Positions 1 to 9,697 of a stretch of DNA of 64,000 nt are shown one piece after another. Each line of letters starts with the position of its first letter. Positions within the stretch are counted from its first letter, which is position 1. Position numbers and translations under genes: made by a program. Origin of the DNA: Candidatus Magasanikbacteria bacterium CG10_big_fil_rev_8_21_14_0_10_36_32. Lineage in GTDB: Bacteria; Patescibacteriota; Patescibacteriia; Magasanikbacterales; GWA2-37-8. The stretch covers positions 151,736 through 215,735 of the forward strand of contig PFBV01000003.1 in NCBI GenBank assembly GCA_002778465.1, in the 5' to 3' direction. The notes beneath the pieces were generated by a model. It had not been told where the DNA came from. It searched no databases and saw nothing but the letters and a program-made list of their open reading frames with translations.

Positions 1-2
1 AT

Positions 3-632
3 CAATTCAGAATTCTGCGGGCGGCAAAAAACAGATTTGGTTCCACTGACGAAGTTGGTGTATTTTCAATGGAAGAAAACGGATTACAAGAAGTAAAAAA
101 TCCTTCAGCCGCTTTTTTAAATGAACGTTCAGAAAATCCAGCCGGCAATGTAATAGCCTGTTTAATGGAAGGTAGCCGTCCAATTTTAATTGAAATTCAA
201 GCCTTAGTTAATAAAACTTCTTTTGGTTATCCTGTGCGCAAAGCTAGCGGTTTTGATTTAAACCGCCTTCATGTTTTAATTGCTGTTTTGCAGAAACGAG
301 CCGGTCTTCACTTAGAACAATTTGATGTTCACTTGAACATTGTTGGAGGTTTAACAGCCAATGAACCGGCAGCAGATTTAGCCGTTGCTATGGCAGTAGT
401 CGGCGCTTATAAAGACAAACCTTTGGGCACTGATTTAGCCGCATTTGGTGAAATTGGTTTAAGTGGAGAAATCCGTCCAGTTTCTTTTACTGAAAAAAGG
501 TTAAAGGAATGTGAACAATTAGGACTCAAACGAGTTATCACCAATCTCGGTAATCAAAATAAACCTACAAAAATAAAATCACTTAAAGTCATCGGCATTA
601 AAAATATTCAGGACATTATAAAACATACATAA
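3..632 (+). CDS. radA: DNA repair protein RadA/Sms, 3' part (gene starts before the window)
   Basis: Frame from nt 3 reads QFRILRAAKNRFGSTDEVGVF (KNRFG motif) and continues into the Lon-like C-terminal domain (EPAADLAVA, GEIGLSGEIR). Confidence 0.95.
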   Translation, partial: QFRILRAAKNRFGSTDEVGVFSMEENGLQEVKNPSAAFLNERSENPAGNVIACLMEGSRPILIEIQALVNKTSFGYPVRKASGFDLNRLHVLIAVLQKRAGLHLEQFDVHLNIVGGLTANEPAADLAVAMAVVGAYKDKPLGTDLAAFGEIGLSGEIRPVSFTEKRLKECEQLGLKRVITNLGNQNKPTKIKSLKVIGIKNIQDIIKHT

Positions 633-660
633 AAAATACTCGGCCTAACCGAGTATTTTT
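632..660. terminator. Bidirectional intrinsic terminator between convergent radA and recG
   Basis: aaaaatactcgg-cctaa-ccgagtattttt inverted repeat with A/T tails. Confidence 0.75.
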
Positions 661-2777
661 TATTCAAAATGAACTGTTTTTTCCCAATCTTTAATTTTTT
701 GTTTAATACTGGGATATTTATTCAAACCAACCGCTACAACCTGTGCCGCTTGTTTAGCTTTTTTAATTATTTCTTTATCGGTAAGCTTTGCTAATCTTAA
801 ATTCATTAAACCACTTTGCATTGTGCCATAAACTTCACCAGGACCGCGAATTTCTAAATCTTTTTCTGCTAATTTAAAACCATCCGCCGTTGTTTCAAAA
901 TATTTTAAACGATCATGAACTTTTGAAGATTGACTATCTGTAAACAAAAAACAATAAGATTGGTAGTCTGCCCTACCAACCCGTCCGCGGAATTGATGTA
1001 ACTGTGCCAAACCAAAACGATCCGCTCCTTCAATCATCATTACTGAAGCATTTGGCATATCTATTCCGACCTCAACTACAGAGGTAGAAATTAAAATATC
1101 AATTTCCTTATTTTTAAACGCTTCCATTATTTTTTCTTTTTCCACAGACTTTAATTTTCCGTGTAAATAATCAACTTTTAAATCCGGAAAAATATTCTCT
1201 GATAATTTTTTATACTCAGTCATAACTGATTTTTTTTCAACACCAGCTGTCGGAAAAAAAGGATAATTTATTATTTCAATCGCGGATTCATCTTTGGTTT
1301 GAGATTCAATCAGTGGACAAATCACAAATACTTGACGCCCTAAATTAACTTGTGCACGAATAAAATTATAAGCCTTATCCCGATTGTTTGATTCCACCAA
1401 ACGAGTAGAAATTTTTTTTCTGCCAATCGGCATTTCATTAATAGTAGACATACTCAAATCACCATATAACATCAAAGCTAATGAGCGAGGAATTGGAGTA
1501 GCTGTCATACTTAAAAAATGCGCCGATAAATTATCGGTTTTATCTTTAATATTTTTTCTCTGCTCAACACCGAAACGATGTTGCTCATCTACTATTATCA
1601 AACCAACATCTTTAAACTGTACTTTTTCAGAAAGCAAAGCATGAGTACCTATTACAACTTGTACCTCGCCGTTTTTTATTTTTTTTAACAAACCAGATTT
1701 CAAATTTTTAAATTTTTCATTGTTATTTTGATTTATTTCTGCTTGTGAACGTGTTAAAAGACCTATTTGAATTTTATCACCTAATAACTTAAGTAATGTA
1801 TTATAATGCTGTCGAGCTAATATCTCCGTTGGTACCATTAAAACCGCTTGATAACCATTTAAAACGGCATTATAAATAACTATAGCCGCTACCGCCGTCT
1901 TTCCCGACCCAACATCGCCGGACAACAACCGATTCATCGGCTTTTCCAAATTAATATCTCTTAAAATTTCCCAAGCAGAAACCTTTTGTGTATTAGTTAA
2001 TACAAAGGGCAGACTGGAAACAAACTCCTTTATTTTTTTTTCCTGAAAAATCAGTTGTGGTGCTTTCTCATTTGTTTTTTTCAAACGAGATAACTCAGCT
2101 TTAAGTTGAAACAAAAATAATTCATCAAATTTTAACCGTTCTGTGCTATATTTTAAATCCTGTTCATCAACCGGAAAATGAATACCGCGCAATGCGTCAC
2201 GTAACGGCAACATATCCCATTCTTCTAAAATATCAGCCGGTAACCAATCAACTGTTTTTGCCGATAAAGCAATAATTTGAGAAATTAAAAACCTAATCTG
2301 CTTTTGAGTTAAACCGGTCGTGGCCGAATAAATTGGCACCATTCTGGCAGTATGTTTAGTTTCACCCCTAACAGCTTTTTCAAAAGTCGGACTAACAAAA
2401 TGACTCCCTATCATATCTGATTGCACTTTACCGGATAAAAATATTAAATCTCCCTGATGAAGTATTTTGGTTATATATGGCTGATTAAACCATGTCACTC
2501 TAATACTTCCGCTTTTGTCCGACACTAACGCCTCAACAATTACTTTGCGCTTCCGCCAACTACGCTTACTAACAATAAATTCCAATTTACCAAGTACGGT
2601 AGCCAATTGTCCCTCTTGTAAATCTTGAACTAATATCACTTGACGATAATCTTCATAACGAAAAGGAAAATAATATAATAAATCACCGGCAGTAAATAAT
2701 CCGAGATGTTGCAAGCGTTTGGCGGTTATTTTTCCCACCCGGCTTAAATCTTTAATTGGCGTTTTAAAATCAACCAT
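660..2777 (-). CDS. recG: ATP-dependent DNA helicase RecG
   Basis: GDVGSGKT, DEQHRFG, MTATPIPRSL, QLHQFRGRVGR motifs; N-terminal wedge/OB region. Confidence 0.97.
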   Translation of the reverse strand: MVDFKTPIKDLSRVGKITAKRLQHLGLFTAGDLLYYFPFRYEDYRQVILVQDLQEGQLATVLGKLEFIVSKRSWRKRKVIVEALVSDKSGSIRVTWFNQPYITKILHQGDLIFLSGKVQSDMIGSHFVSPTFEKAVRGETKHTARMVPIYSATTGLTQKQIRFLISQIIALSAKTVDWLPADILEEWDMLPLRDALRGIHFPVDEQDLKYSTERLKFDELFLFQLKAELSRLKKTNEKAPQLIFQEKKIKEFVSSLPFVLTNTQKVSAWEILRDINLEKPMNRLLSGDVGSGKTAVAAIVIYNAVLNGYQAVLMVPTEILARQHYNTLLKLLGDKIQIGLLTRSQAEINQNNNEKFKNLKSGLLKKIKNGEVQVVIGTHALLSEKVQFKDVGLIIVDEQHRFGVEQRKNIKDKTDNLSAHFLSMTATPIPRSLALMLYGDLSMSTINEMPIGRKKISTRLVESNNRDKAYNFIRAQVNLGRQVFVICPLIESQTKDESAIEIINYPFFPTAGVEKKSVMTEYKKLSENIFPDLKVDYLHGKLKSVEKEKIMEAFKNKEIDILISTSVVEVGIDMPNASVMMIEGADRFGLAQLHQFRGRVGRADYQSYCFLFTDSQSSKVHDRLKYFETTADGFKLAEKDLEIRGPGEVYGTMQSGLMNLRLAKLTDKEIIKKAKQAAQVVAVGLNKYPSIKQKIKDWEKTVHFE

Positions 2778-2850
2778 AATAATTACTATTATAGCTTATT
2801 TCAGCAAATATAAAAACGTCTTTAGAAAGACGTTTTTATATTTTAATTTA

Positions 2851-3915
2851 CTAATTTCCGTTTCTATTTTGTAATTCTTCTTTTATCTCTTCCTGTACTG
2901 GTTCAACAACAGGTGACGCAGAAATTTGTCCATTCACTCTGTTTTCAATTCTTTCCTGAACTTGATTAGCTGCTCTTAACTGTTTAGCTGCCTCAATATT
3001 ACTTTGAACTGTTTGATTGCGTATTTCTTGTTTTACTTCACGTACAGTATTTTGCGCTTCTTGTTTTATAGTTCTTCCTTCTTGCATTAATAATTCTTTT
3101 TCGCCTTGTCGTTCTTCCCGAGTTTCAATTCTTTCCTGATGTAATTCCTGTAATTGAACTTTAGCTTCTTCATCTCCAGAAGCGGCTCTTTCCAATAAAT
3201 CCTTTTTTTCTTCCTGAAACTGTTTTACCTCTGTCGCATGGGCTTCAATAAATTCTTTAACATCTTGTAAATGATTTTGAATTTCTTCCGGAATATTTTC
3301 ATTTTCTAAAGCATTAAGTAAACGCTGACTGTTTTCTATATTATTCATTCGTGTAGTTTCAAATTTTTGCAGTCGTTCCGGTGATAAAACAGCTTCAATT
3401 TTATTCATCACGGCTTCACGTTGAACCATTTGAGTGGCTGTATTGCGCAACAAAACGCGTACACGAGTATCCTCGCCATTATTAAATAATTCTTGTCGTT
3501 CTTGTATTTTTTCCATCAGCTGATTGGCCCGTTCCATAATTTTTTCAGCTTTATCTTGTAATTTTGGATTATTAACCGCTTGAGTGGCAACCATCTCTGC
3601 AATAGACATTCTTTCCTGTGCGAATTGTAATTGTTTCTCGGCTTTGGCAACAGGATTAAAAGTTAAAGCCAAAGTCACTCTCTCTCTTATATTCCGCCAA
3701 AATAATCCCAAAGTGCCGGGAACAGAAACAGTTTCGGATAAAACTTCATCATTAGCAACCGTAACTGGGATATCTTCATTTGTTACAACCACATTTTCTT
3801 CGGTTGTAACCGTTACAATACCGCCGTCGGTTGTAACTTCTGTTGTTTCTTGCGCCACAGCCGGCATGGTGCCGAGTAACAAAAATGCAGCGGCCAAAAA
3901 TATGATTTTACGCAT
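2851..3915 (-). CDS. Secreted coiled-coil protein with DUF5667-like domain
   Basis: Signal peptide (MRKIIFLAAAFLLLG..AVA); segment ERVTLALTFNPVAKAEKQLQFAQER resembles DUF5667; long helical E/Q/K-rich tail. Confidence 0.65.
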   Translation of the reverse strand: MRKIIFLAAAFLLLGTMPAVAQETTEVTTDGGIVTVTTEENVVVTNEDIPVTVANDEVLSETVSVPGTLGLFWRNIRERVTLALTFNPVAKAEKQLQFAQERMSIAEMVATQAVNNPKLQDKAEKIMERANQLMEKIQERQELFNNGEDTRVRVLLRNTATQMVQREAVMNKIEAVLSPERLQKFETTRMNNIENSQRLLNALENENIPEEIQNHLQDVKEFIEAHATEVKQFQEEKKDLLERAASGDEEAKVQLQELHQERIETREERQGEKELLMQEGRTIKQEAQNTVREVKQEIRNQTVQSNIEAAKQLRAANQVQERIENRVNGQISASPVVEPVQEEIKEELQNRNGN

Positions 3916-4038
3916 ATTTATTATTAATTATTAAATAAAAGTTGGATGACAACTTACTTTAATAGTATAACACAAAAAACTTAACATTGACAACTAACCA
4001 ATAAAAAATAATCCCAATTTAAATCGGGATTATTTTTG

Positions 4039-4110
4039 TGACCTCGCAAGGAATTGAACCTTGATTTCCGGCTTCGCAGGCCAGTGTCCTATCCGTTAAA
4101 CGACGAGGTC
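4039..4110 (-). tRNA. tRNA-Arg (anticodon GCG)
   Basis: Minus strand GACCTCG...CTGGC-CT-GCG-AA-GCCGG...GGTTCAATTCC...CGAGGTC-A cloverleaf; no encoded CCA. Confidence 0.92.
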
Positions 4111-4195
4111 AATTCTAATAAAATATTCTGCTTATACAGCAGAACAACTAAGTATAGCAAAAAACACAAAAAAAATCAAGAGTCTCCTTGTGAAT

Positions 4196-4702
4196 TTACT
4201 GAATTTTGAATAAACGACTAATTCGATCACTCAACGGTTCCTCTTCTTGCGCCAAATCTTCCATTAAAAACTGTTTTAAATATTCTCTTGCTTCAACCGG
4301 ATTTATATCGGCCAACGGAATTGTTAAGCGATGTTTAATAACACTTTTCAATTTAAAATATAAAGTTTTTGTCTCTGGCGGATTATAAATTATCCAAAAA
4401 TTTTCCAAATCACTATAAGGATAATATTTAGTTCCCAAAACCACTCCGGAATCTGTTATGGCAAAATCCATTTGAGCCGGTTCTTGCATATCCTGCAAAA
4501 AAAGAATAATACCAAACAAAACAACTATTAAAGCAAATAAATAATTGTTTGAAACAATAGCGTAAATTATCAAAGCCGCCACTAACAATATCATCACCAC
4601 ATACCAACCGCGGCCACGACTATACTTTTCATACTCTTTAAAAATCCATTGAAAAGCAATGTCGCCCGGATTTACATTTTCTTTAGTTAAATCTTTAGGC
4701 AT
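4196..4702 (-). CDS. Conserved two-TM membrane protein (DUF5673-like)
   Basis: 168 aa; aromatic N-terminal motif FQWIFKEYEKYSRGRGWY, two TM helices, soluble C-terminal domain. Confidence 0.6.
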   Translation of the reverse strand: MPKDLTKENVNPGDIAFQWIFKEYEKYSRGRGWYVVMILLVAALIIYAIVSNNYLFALIVVLFGIILFLQDMQEPAQMDFAITDSGVVLGTKYYPYSDLENFWIIYNPPETKTLYFKLKSVIKHRLTIPLADINPVEAREYLKQFLMEDLAQEEEPLSDRISRLFKIQ

Positions 4703-4726
4703 AATTTGATAATTTTAATATTTATG

Positions 4727-4800
4727 TGGACTCAAGAGGGATCGAACCTCTGACCTTACGGATGTGAACCGTACGCTCTAACCAGCTGAGCTATGAGTCC
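4727..4800 (-). tRNA. tRNA-Val (anticodon CAC)
   Basis: Minus strand GGACTCA TAGCTCAGCTGGTTAGAGC G TACGG-TT-CAC-AT-CCGTA ...GGTTCGATCCC...TGAGTCC-A. Confidence 0.95.
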
Positions 4801-4932
4801 TCTCCTCCTCATTATTATTGATTATACCACTGTTTTAATGAAAAATCAAGACCTCTATAAAACAATTAAATTACCTATTGAAAAATAGAGGCCATTGTGT
4901 TATAATTTCCTTTGTTGCTGTACTATATTTGT

Positions 4933-6510
4933 ATGCAAGAACCTCTAAAAAAACCACAATCCATAAACTTTTTGGATAACAATCCGGATGACCAATCGCT
5001 CAATTTTCCAGTCCAACCGCATCCGGACAAAAGGAAGAAAAACAAATTCTTTCTTTATTTTATAATTGTTGCTATCATTGTAATTTCTATCGTTGTTTGG
5101 GGAAAACAAACATCCTCCAACACATCCGGCAATTTATCTGATGAATCAACCAGTCTAACCTTATTAGAACCTAAAAAACCAGGAATTTTTAAATCAATCA
5201 AAAATTTCCTATTTTCTTCTGATGATTTATTGATTGGACAAAAAGATGATCGAATCAATATCTTATTACTTGGAGTCGGCGGATACGGACATGACGGTCC
5301 ATATTTAAGTGATACTAACATTATTGTCAGTATAAAACCAAGTACAAAAGAAGTATCAATGATTTCAGTACCTCGCGATTTAGGAGTACAAATTGAAAAT
5401 TATGGCATTTATAAAATAAATTATGCCGACGCCTTTGGTGAAAGTCGATATCCAGGTCAAGGTGGAGAATATGCCAGACAAATTTTTAACCAAACTTTCA
5501 ACCAAGAAATTCCCTATTACATCAGAGCAGATTTCTCAGCATTTAAACAAATTATTGACAGTGTCGGCGGAATTGATATTGAAGTCAAAAAATCATTTAT
5601 AGATCAGGCCTATCCGGGACAAAATTATAGTTATCAAACAATTTCTTTTAATGCTGGTTGGCAAACAATGGATGGAGAGAAAGCATTACAATTTGCCCGC
5701 TCAAGACACGGCTCAAATGGAGAAAGTTCCGACTTTGCCCGTGCCAAACGACAACAACAAATACTGGTTGCTTTAAAAGATAAAGTTTTATCTTTTGGAA
5801 CATTGGCAAATCCCGTAACTATACAAAAAATTTTAGAATCACTTTCTGGAAATATCACCACTAATTTTAATTTTACCCAGCTGGTATATTTAGTAAATTT
5901 CTTTAAAGATTTAAATAATCTTAATATAAAAAATATCACTTTAGATGATGGACCAAATGGTTATTTAACTTCATATATCACTCCAACTGGCATGTTTATT
6001 TTAGCGCCAAAATCAGGAAATTTTGATGAAATTGACGCATTAATAAATAACGTATTTAATTCAAATTTTATTGCTCAACCGCCAACAGCTTTAATTGTAC
6101 ATCCTTCCGCTTATGTTCAAACTTCAGGATTAAACAACCCATCTTCCACTATCTCCAAAATGACTCCTTTTAAAACAGTAAATGTTGAGATTAAAAATGG
6201 AACTTGGCGAGTTGGCTTGGCCGCTCGTATGCAAAACTTATTATCTGATAGCGGTTTTTCAGTATTAAATATCGGCAACAGTTTAAAAAGACCTTTACCA
6301 ACAACAACATTTTATTTAATTAACCGTTCAGTTGACAATGAAGCAGTGGTTTTATTAAATAAAAAACTACCTGGAAAAATTTCAATGGAATTACCTGATT
6401 GGTTAACTAACGAGTATGATGATCCCACTACAACAGAAGATGAAACCGGACCAAAATTCAACGATCAAATTGATATATTAATTGTTTTAGGAACAGATAC
6501 TAAAGAATAA
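4933..6510 (+). CDS. LCP (LytR-CpsA-Psr) family protein with C-terminal LytR_C domain
   Basis: TM anchor; RINILLLG, SDT, MISVPRD, ALQFARSRH, SDFARAKRQQQ; C-terminal VEIKNGT..GLAA and DILIVLG; ATG 4933 preferred. Confidence 0.9.
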   Translation: MQEPLKKPQSINFLDNNPDDQSLNFPVQPHPDKRKKNKFFLYFIIVAIIVISIVVWGKQTSSNTSGNLSDESTSLTLLEPKKPGIFKSIKNFLFSSDDLLIGQKDDRINILLLGVGGYGHDGPYLSDTNIIVSIKPSTKEVSMISVPRDLGVQIENYGIYKINYADAFGESRYPGQGGEYARQIFNQTFNQEIPYYIRADFSAFKQIIDSVGGIDIEVKKSFIDQAYPGQNYSYQTISFNAGWQTMDGEKALQFARSRHGSNGESSDFARAKRQQQILVALKDKVLSFGTLANPVTIQKILESLSGNITTNFNFTQLVYLVNFFKDLNNLNIKNITLDDGPNGYLTSYITPTGMFILAPKSGNFDEIDALINNVFNSNFIAQPPTALIVHPSAYVQTSGLNNPSSTISKMTPFKTVNVEIKNGTWRVGLAARMQNLLSDSGFSVLNIGNSLKRPLPTTTFYLINRSVDNEAVVLLNKKLPGKISMELPDWLTNEYDDPTTTEDETGPKFNDQIDILIVLGTDTKE

Positions 6511-6522
6511 AAAAATAAATAT

Positions 6523-7896
6523 ATGTCTACATTGGCAAAAATCATTAATTTTAATTTACCGTCAGTTGCTTTGGTCGGTCGGGTTAATGTTGGTAAATCA
6601 ACAATTTTTAATCGTATAACCGAAACTGGACGAGCTTTAATTTCAGATATTCCCGGCACAACTAGAACACGAAACATAGGAACAGCCACTTGGCGCGGAA
6701 AACAATTTCAATTGGTAGATACTGGCGGTTTAACATTTTCTAATGATATTCCTTTAGAAGAAGACATTATTAAACAAACAGAAATGGCTTTAAAACAAGC
6801 TGATATAATTTTAATGGTAATCGATTTACAAAAAGATTTATTGCCACAAGAAAAAGAATTGGTAAAAAAAATCACTAAGCAAGGCCGTGGGAAAAAACCG
6901 ATTATTTTAGTTGGTAACAAAGCTGATTCCCCCGATTGGAGAATAAGAGCTCATGATAAAGAATGGTTAAAACTTGGTTTGGGAGAACCAATTGCTGTAT
7001 CAGGAGTCAACGGAAGTAATATCGGAGATTTATTAGATTTAGTTTATAAACATTTAAGAAAAATTAAAAAACAACCTAAAACAATAAAAGAAACAGATAT
7101 TGTTAAAATATCACTGGTTGGAAAACCAAATGTCGGAAAATCTTCACTTTTTAATAAATTAATCGGCGAACCACGGGTGATAGTCAGTTCCATGCCACAT
7201 ACTACTCGCGAACCACATGATACACTGGTTGAAGTTGAGGGTGAACACCTGTTATTTGTAGACACGGCTGGTATTCGCCGCAAAGCAAAGGTATCTGGCG
7301 AACTTGAAAAAATGGGAATTGGACAAAGTTTAGAAACAACAAAACGTTCTGACATTATTTTATTTGTTTTAGACGCTTCACAACCAATTACTGATCAAGA
7401 CAAACAATTGGGCGGTTTTCTTAACGAACATGCCAAAAGCGTTATTATTGTCGTTAATAAATGGGATTTAGCCGACGAAAACACTGACACTTTTAAAAAC
7501 AGTATAAAAAAAATGATTTTGAATTATTTTCCACATTTAGATTTCGCGCCAATAGTTTTTATTAGTGCCTTAACCGAATATCGTGTTCATCAAATATTTC
7601 CATTAATAACACAAGCGTGGCAAGCGCGGCAAATCAGTGTATCTCCAGCTGCTTTACGTGAATTTTTAAGATTAACCATCAAACACCATTTACCATCTCG
7701 CGGCAAAGGAGTCCGTCATCCACAAATTTTAAAAATTAAACAAATTGGTAACAATCCACCTGTTTTTGAAATAGATATAAAACAAAAAACTTCTTTACAT
7801 CTATCATATGTTAACTTCCTTAAAAAACGCTTAAGAGAAAAATTTGGCTTCTTTGCCACGCCAATCATAATCAAACTCACTAAATTTAAAAGATAA
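6523..7896 (+). CDS. der: Ribosome biogenesis GTPase Der (EngA)
   Basis: Two tandem G-domains (GRVNVGKS/DTGG/NKAD; GKPNVGKS/DTAG/NKWD) plus KH-like C-terminus. Confidence 0.96.
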   Translation: MSTLAKIINFNLPSVALVGRVNVGKSTIFNRITETGRALISDIPGTTRTRNIGTATWRGKQFQLVDTGGLTFSNDIPLEEDIIKQTEMALKQADIILMVIDLQKDLLPQEKELVKKITKQGRGKKPIILVGNKADSPDWRIRAHDKEWLKLGLGEPIAVSGVNGSNIGDLLDLVYKHLRKIKKQPKTIKETDIVKISLVGKPNVGKSSLFNKLIGEPRVIVSSMPHTTREPHDTLVEVEGEHLLFVDTAGIRRKAKVSGELEKMGIGQSLETTKRSDIILFVLDASQPITDQDKQLGGFLNEHAKSVIIVVNKWDLADENTDTFKNSIKKMILNYFPHLDFAPIVFISALTEYRVHQIFPLITQAWQARQISVSPAALREFLRLTIKHHLPSRGKGVRHPQILKIKQIGNNPPVFEIDIKQKTSLHLSYVNFLKKRLREKFGFFATPIIIKLTKFKR

Positions 7897-7944
7897 TATT
7901 TTTTCCAAATCATACTCGAGTAAATTCACTTATTTATTTCAAAT

Positions 7945-8484
7945 ATGAAAATAAAAATTATTGCCGGTCTAGGTAATCCGGGAATAGAATATGCAAATTC
8001 CAAACACAATACCGGTTTTGTAATTATTGATTTAATAGCCAATATTTGCAAAGCTGACGATTTTGAATTCAATAAAAAATTTAATGCGGAAATAACTACT
8101 GGAAAAATTGGAAAAACAAAAATTATATTTATAAAACCGCAAACCTTCATGAATAACTCCGGAAAATCAATCCGTCCATTAATGAATTTTTATAAAATTA
8201 AACCTGAAAATTTAATAGTGATTCATGATGATAAAGATATTTTATTTGGGGAATTTAAAATTCAAACTAATCGCGGACCTGCCGGACATAACGGAGTAAT
8301 ATCGGTAATGAAAAACTTAAAAACAGAAAATTTTACCCGCATCCGTGTCGGCACTTCACCGTCACACAAAAGAAAAATAGGAAATATTATAAAATTTGTC
8401 ATGTCTTCTTATAGTAAACCGGAATTAAACGCCTTAAAAAAAATTTCTAAACAAATATTTGAACGGCTTGAATCAATATTGTAA
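7945..8484 (+). CDS. pth: Peptidyl-tRNA hydrolase
   Basis: GLGNPG..Y..SKHNTGF, KPQTFMNNSG, HDD, GHNG motifs. Confidence 0.96.
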   Translation: MKIKIIAGLGNPGIEYANSKHNTGFVIIDLIANICKADDFEFNKKFNAEITTGKIGKTKIIFIKPQTFMNNSGKSIRPLMNFYKIKPENLIVIHDDKDILFGEFKIQTNRGPAGHNGVISVMKNLKTENFTRIRVGTSPSHKRKIGNIIKFVMSSYSKPELNALKKISKQIFERLESIL

Positions 8485-8498
8485 ATAAAGTTTAAATT

Positions 8499-9584
8499 AT
8501 GTCGTCTGTCTATCATGCCGCTTTAGCTTTCTTTCCCAAATTATCTTACCGCCGCTATAAAAAGCTGGCGGCTTATTTTATTAATTTCGAAAAAGTTTGG
8601 ACAGCCACATCTAACGATTTGATAAAATCTGGATTAGAACCTGGATTTGTTCAAGAATTTGTAAATTGGAGAAATCAAAAACCTTTAGATTATTATCTTG
8701 ATGTACTGGAAAAAGAAAACATAACCACAGTTTCATTACCTGACGCTAATTATCCAAAAATTTTAAAAGAAATAACTGACCCTCCGCATACTTTATTTAT
8801 ACGAGGTTGTTTACCAAATCAATCGCTGCCTGCTTTAGCGGTAGTCGGCACAAGAAAATCAACCCCTTATGGCAAACAAATTTGTGAAGATATTGTTGAA
8901 CCGCTGGCAAAACAAGGAATGGTAATCGTTAGCGGCATGGCTTTAGGAATTGATGGGATAGCCCACCTCACAACCATAAAAGCCGGCGGTTTGACTGTGG
9001 CTGTACTTGGTTCAGGTGTTGACCGTCAAAGCATCTATCCGGCCACCCATCGTCAATTGTCAGAAAAAATAATTTCCAGCGGAGGAGCAGTCATATCAGA
9101 ATATCCACCTGGTTTTACTCCAACCCAATATTCTTTTCCTGAACGCAACAGAATAATTGCCGGATTATCGCTCGGCACTTTGGTAATAGAAGCGCCGATT
9201 GAATCAGGTTCTTTAATTACTGCCAAATGTGCTTTAGATTATAATCGAGACGTATTAGCTATTCCACACCAAGCTACTTCCATATATGGCGCTGGTGCCA
9301 ATAATTTATTAAAAATGGGGGCTCGTCCAATTACTTGTGCCGAGGATATTTTAGATGCTTTTAATCTGAAAAACCTATCGGAAACAACCCATAATTGTTC
9401 AACTTTATCTCTTTTGCCAAACGAAGAAAAAATCATATCAATTTTATCACGCGAACCAAAACATGTTGATCAAATAATTAAAGAAAGTTTTTTGGATAGT
9501 GCCACCACCAACAGTTCTTTAACTATGCTAGAAATGAAAGGCCTGCTGAAAAATCTAGGCGGAATGATGTATATAAAAAGATAA
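8499..9584 (+). CDS. dprA: DNA-processing protein DprA
   Basis: AVVGTR, IVSGMALGIDG, FPERNRIIAGLS, EAPIESGSLITA; upstream of topA. Confidence 0.96.
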   Translation: MSSVYHAALAFFPKLSYRRYKKLAAYFINFEKVWTATSNDLIKSGLEPGFVQEFVNWRNQKPLDYYLDVLEKENITTVSLPDANYPKILKEITDPPHTLFIRGCLPNQSLPALAVVGTRKSTPYGKQICEDIVEPLAKQGMVIVSGMALGIDGIAHLTTIKAGGLTVAVLGSGVDRQSIYPATHRQLSEKIISSGGAVISEYPPGFTPTQYSFPERNRIIAGLSLGTLVIEAPIESGSLITAKCALDYNRDVLAIPHQATSIYGAGANNLLKMGARPITCAEDILDAFNLKNLSETTHNCSTLSLLPNEEKIISILSREPKHVDQIIKESFLDSATTNSSLTMLEMKGLLKNLGGMMYIKR

Positions 9585-9697
9585 CGCTAATAAAATATTT
9601 GAAAAGTGAATATAATTTACCTACAATATACTATATTTGACAATAAATAATAACTAAGCTATCATAGTTTTTACTAATTTGCTCTGTTAAAAAAATT

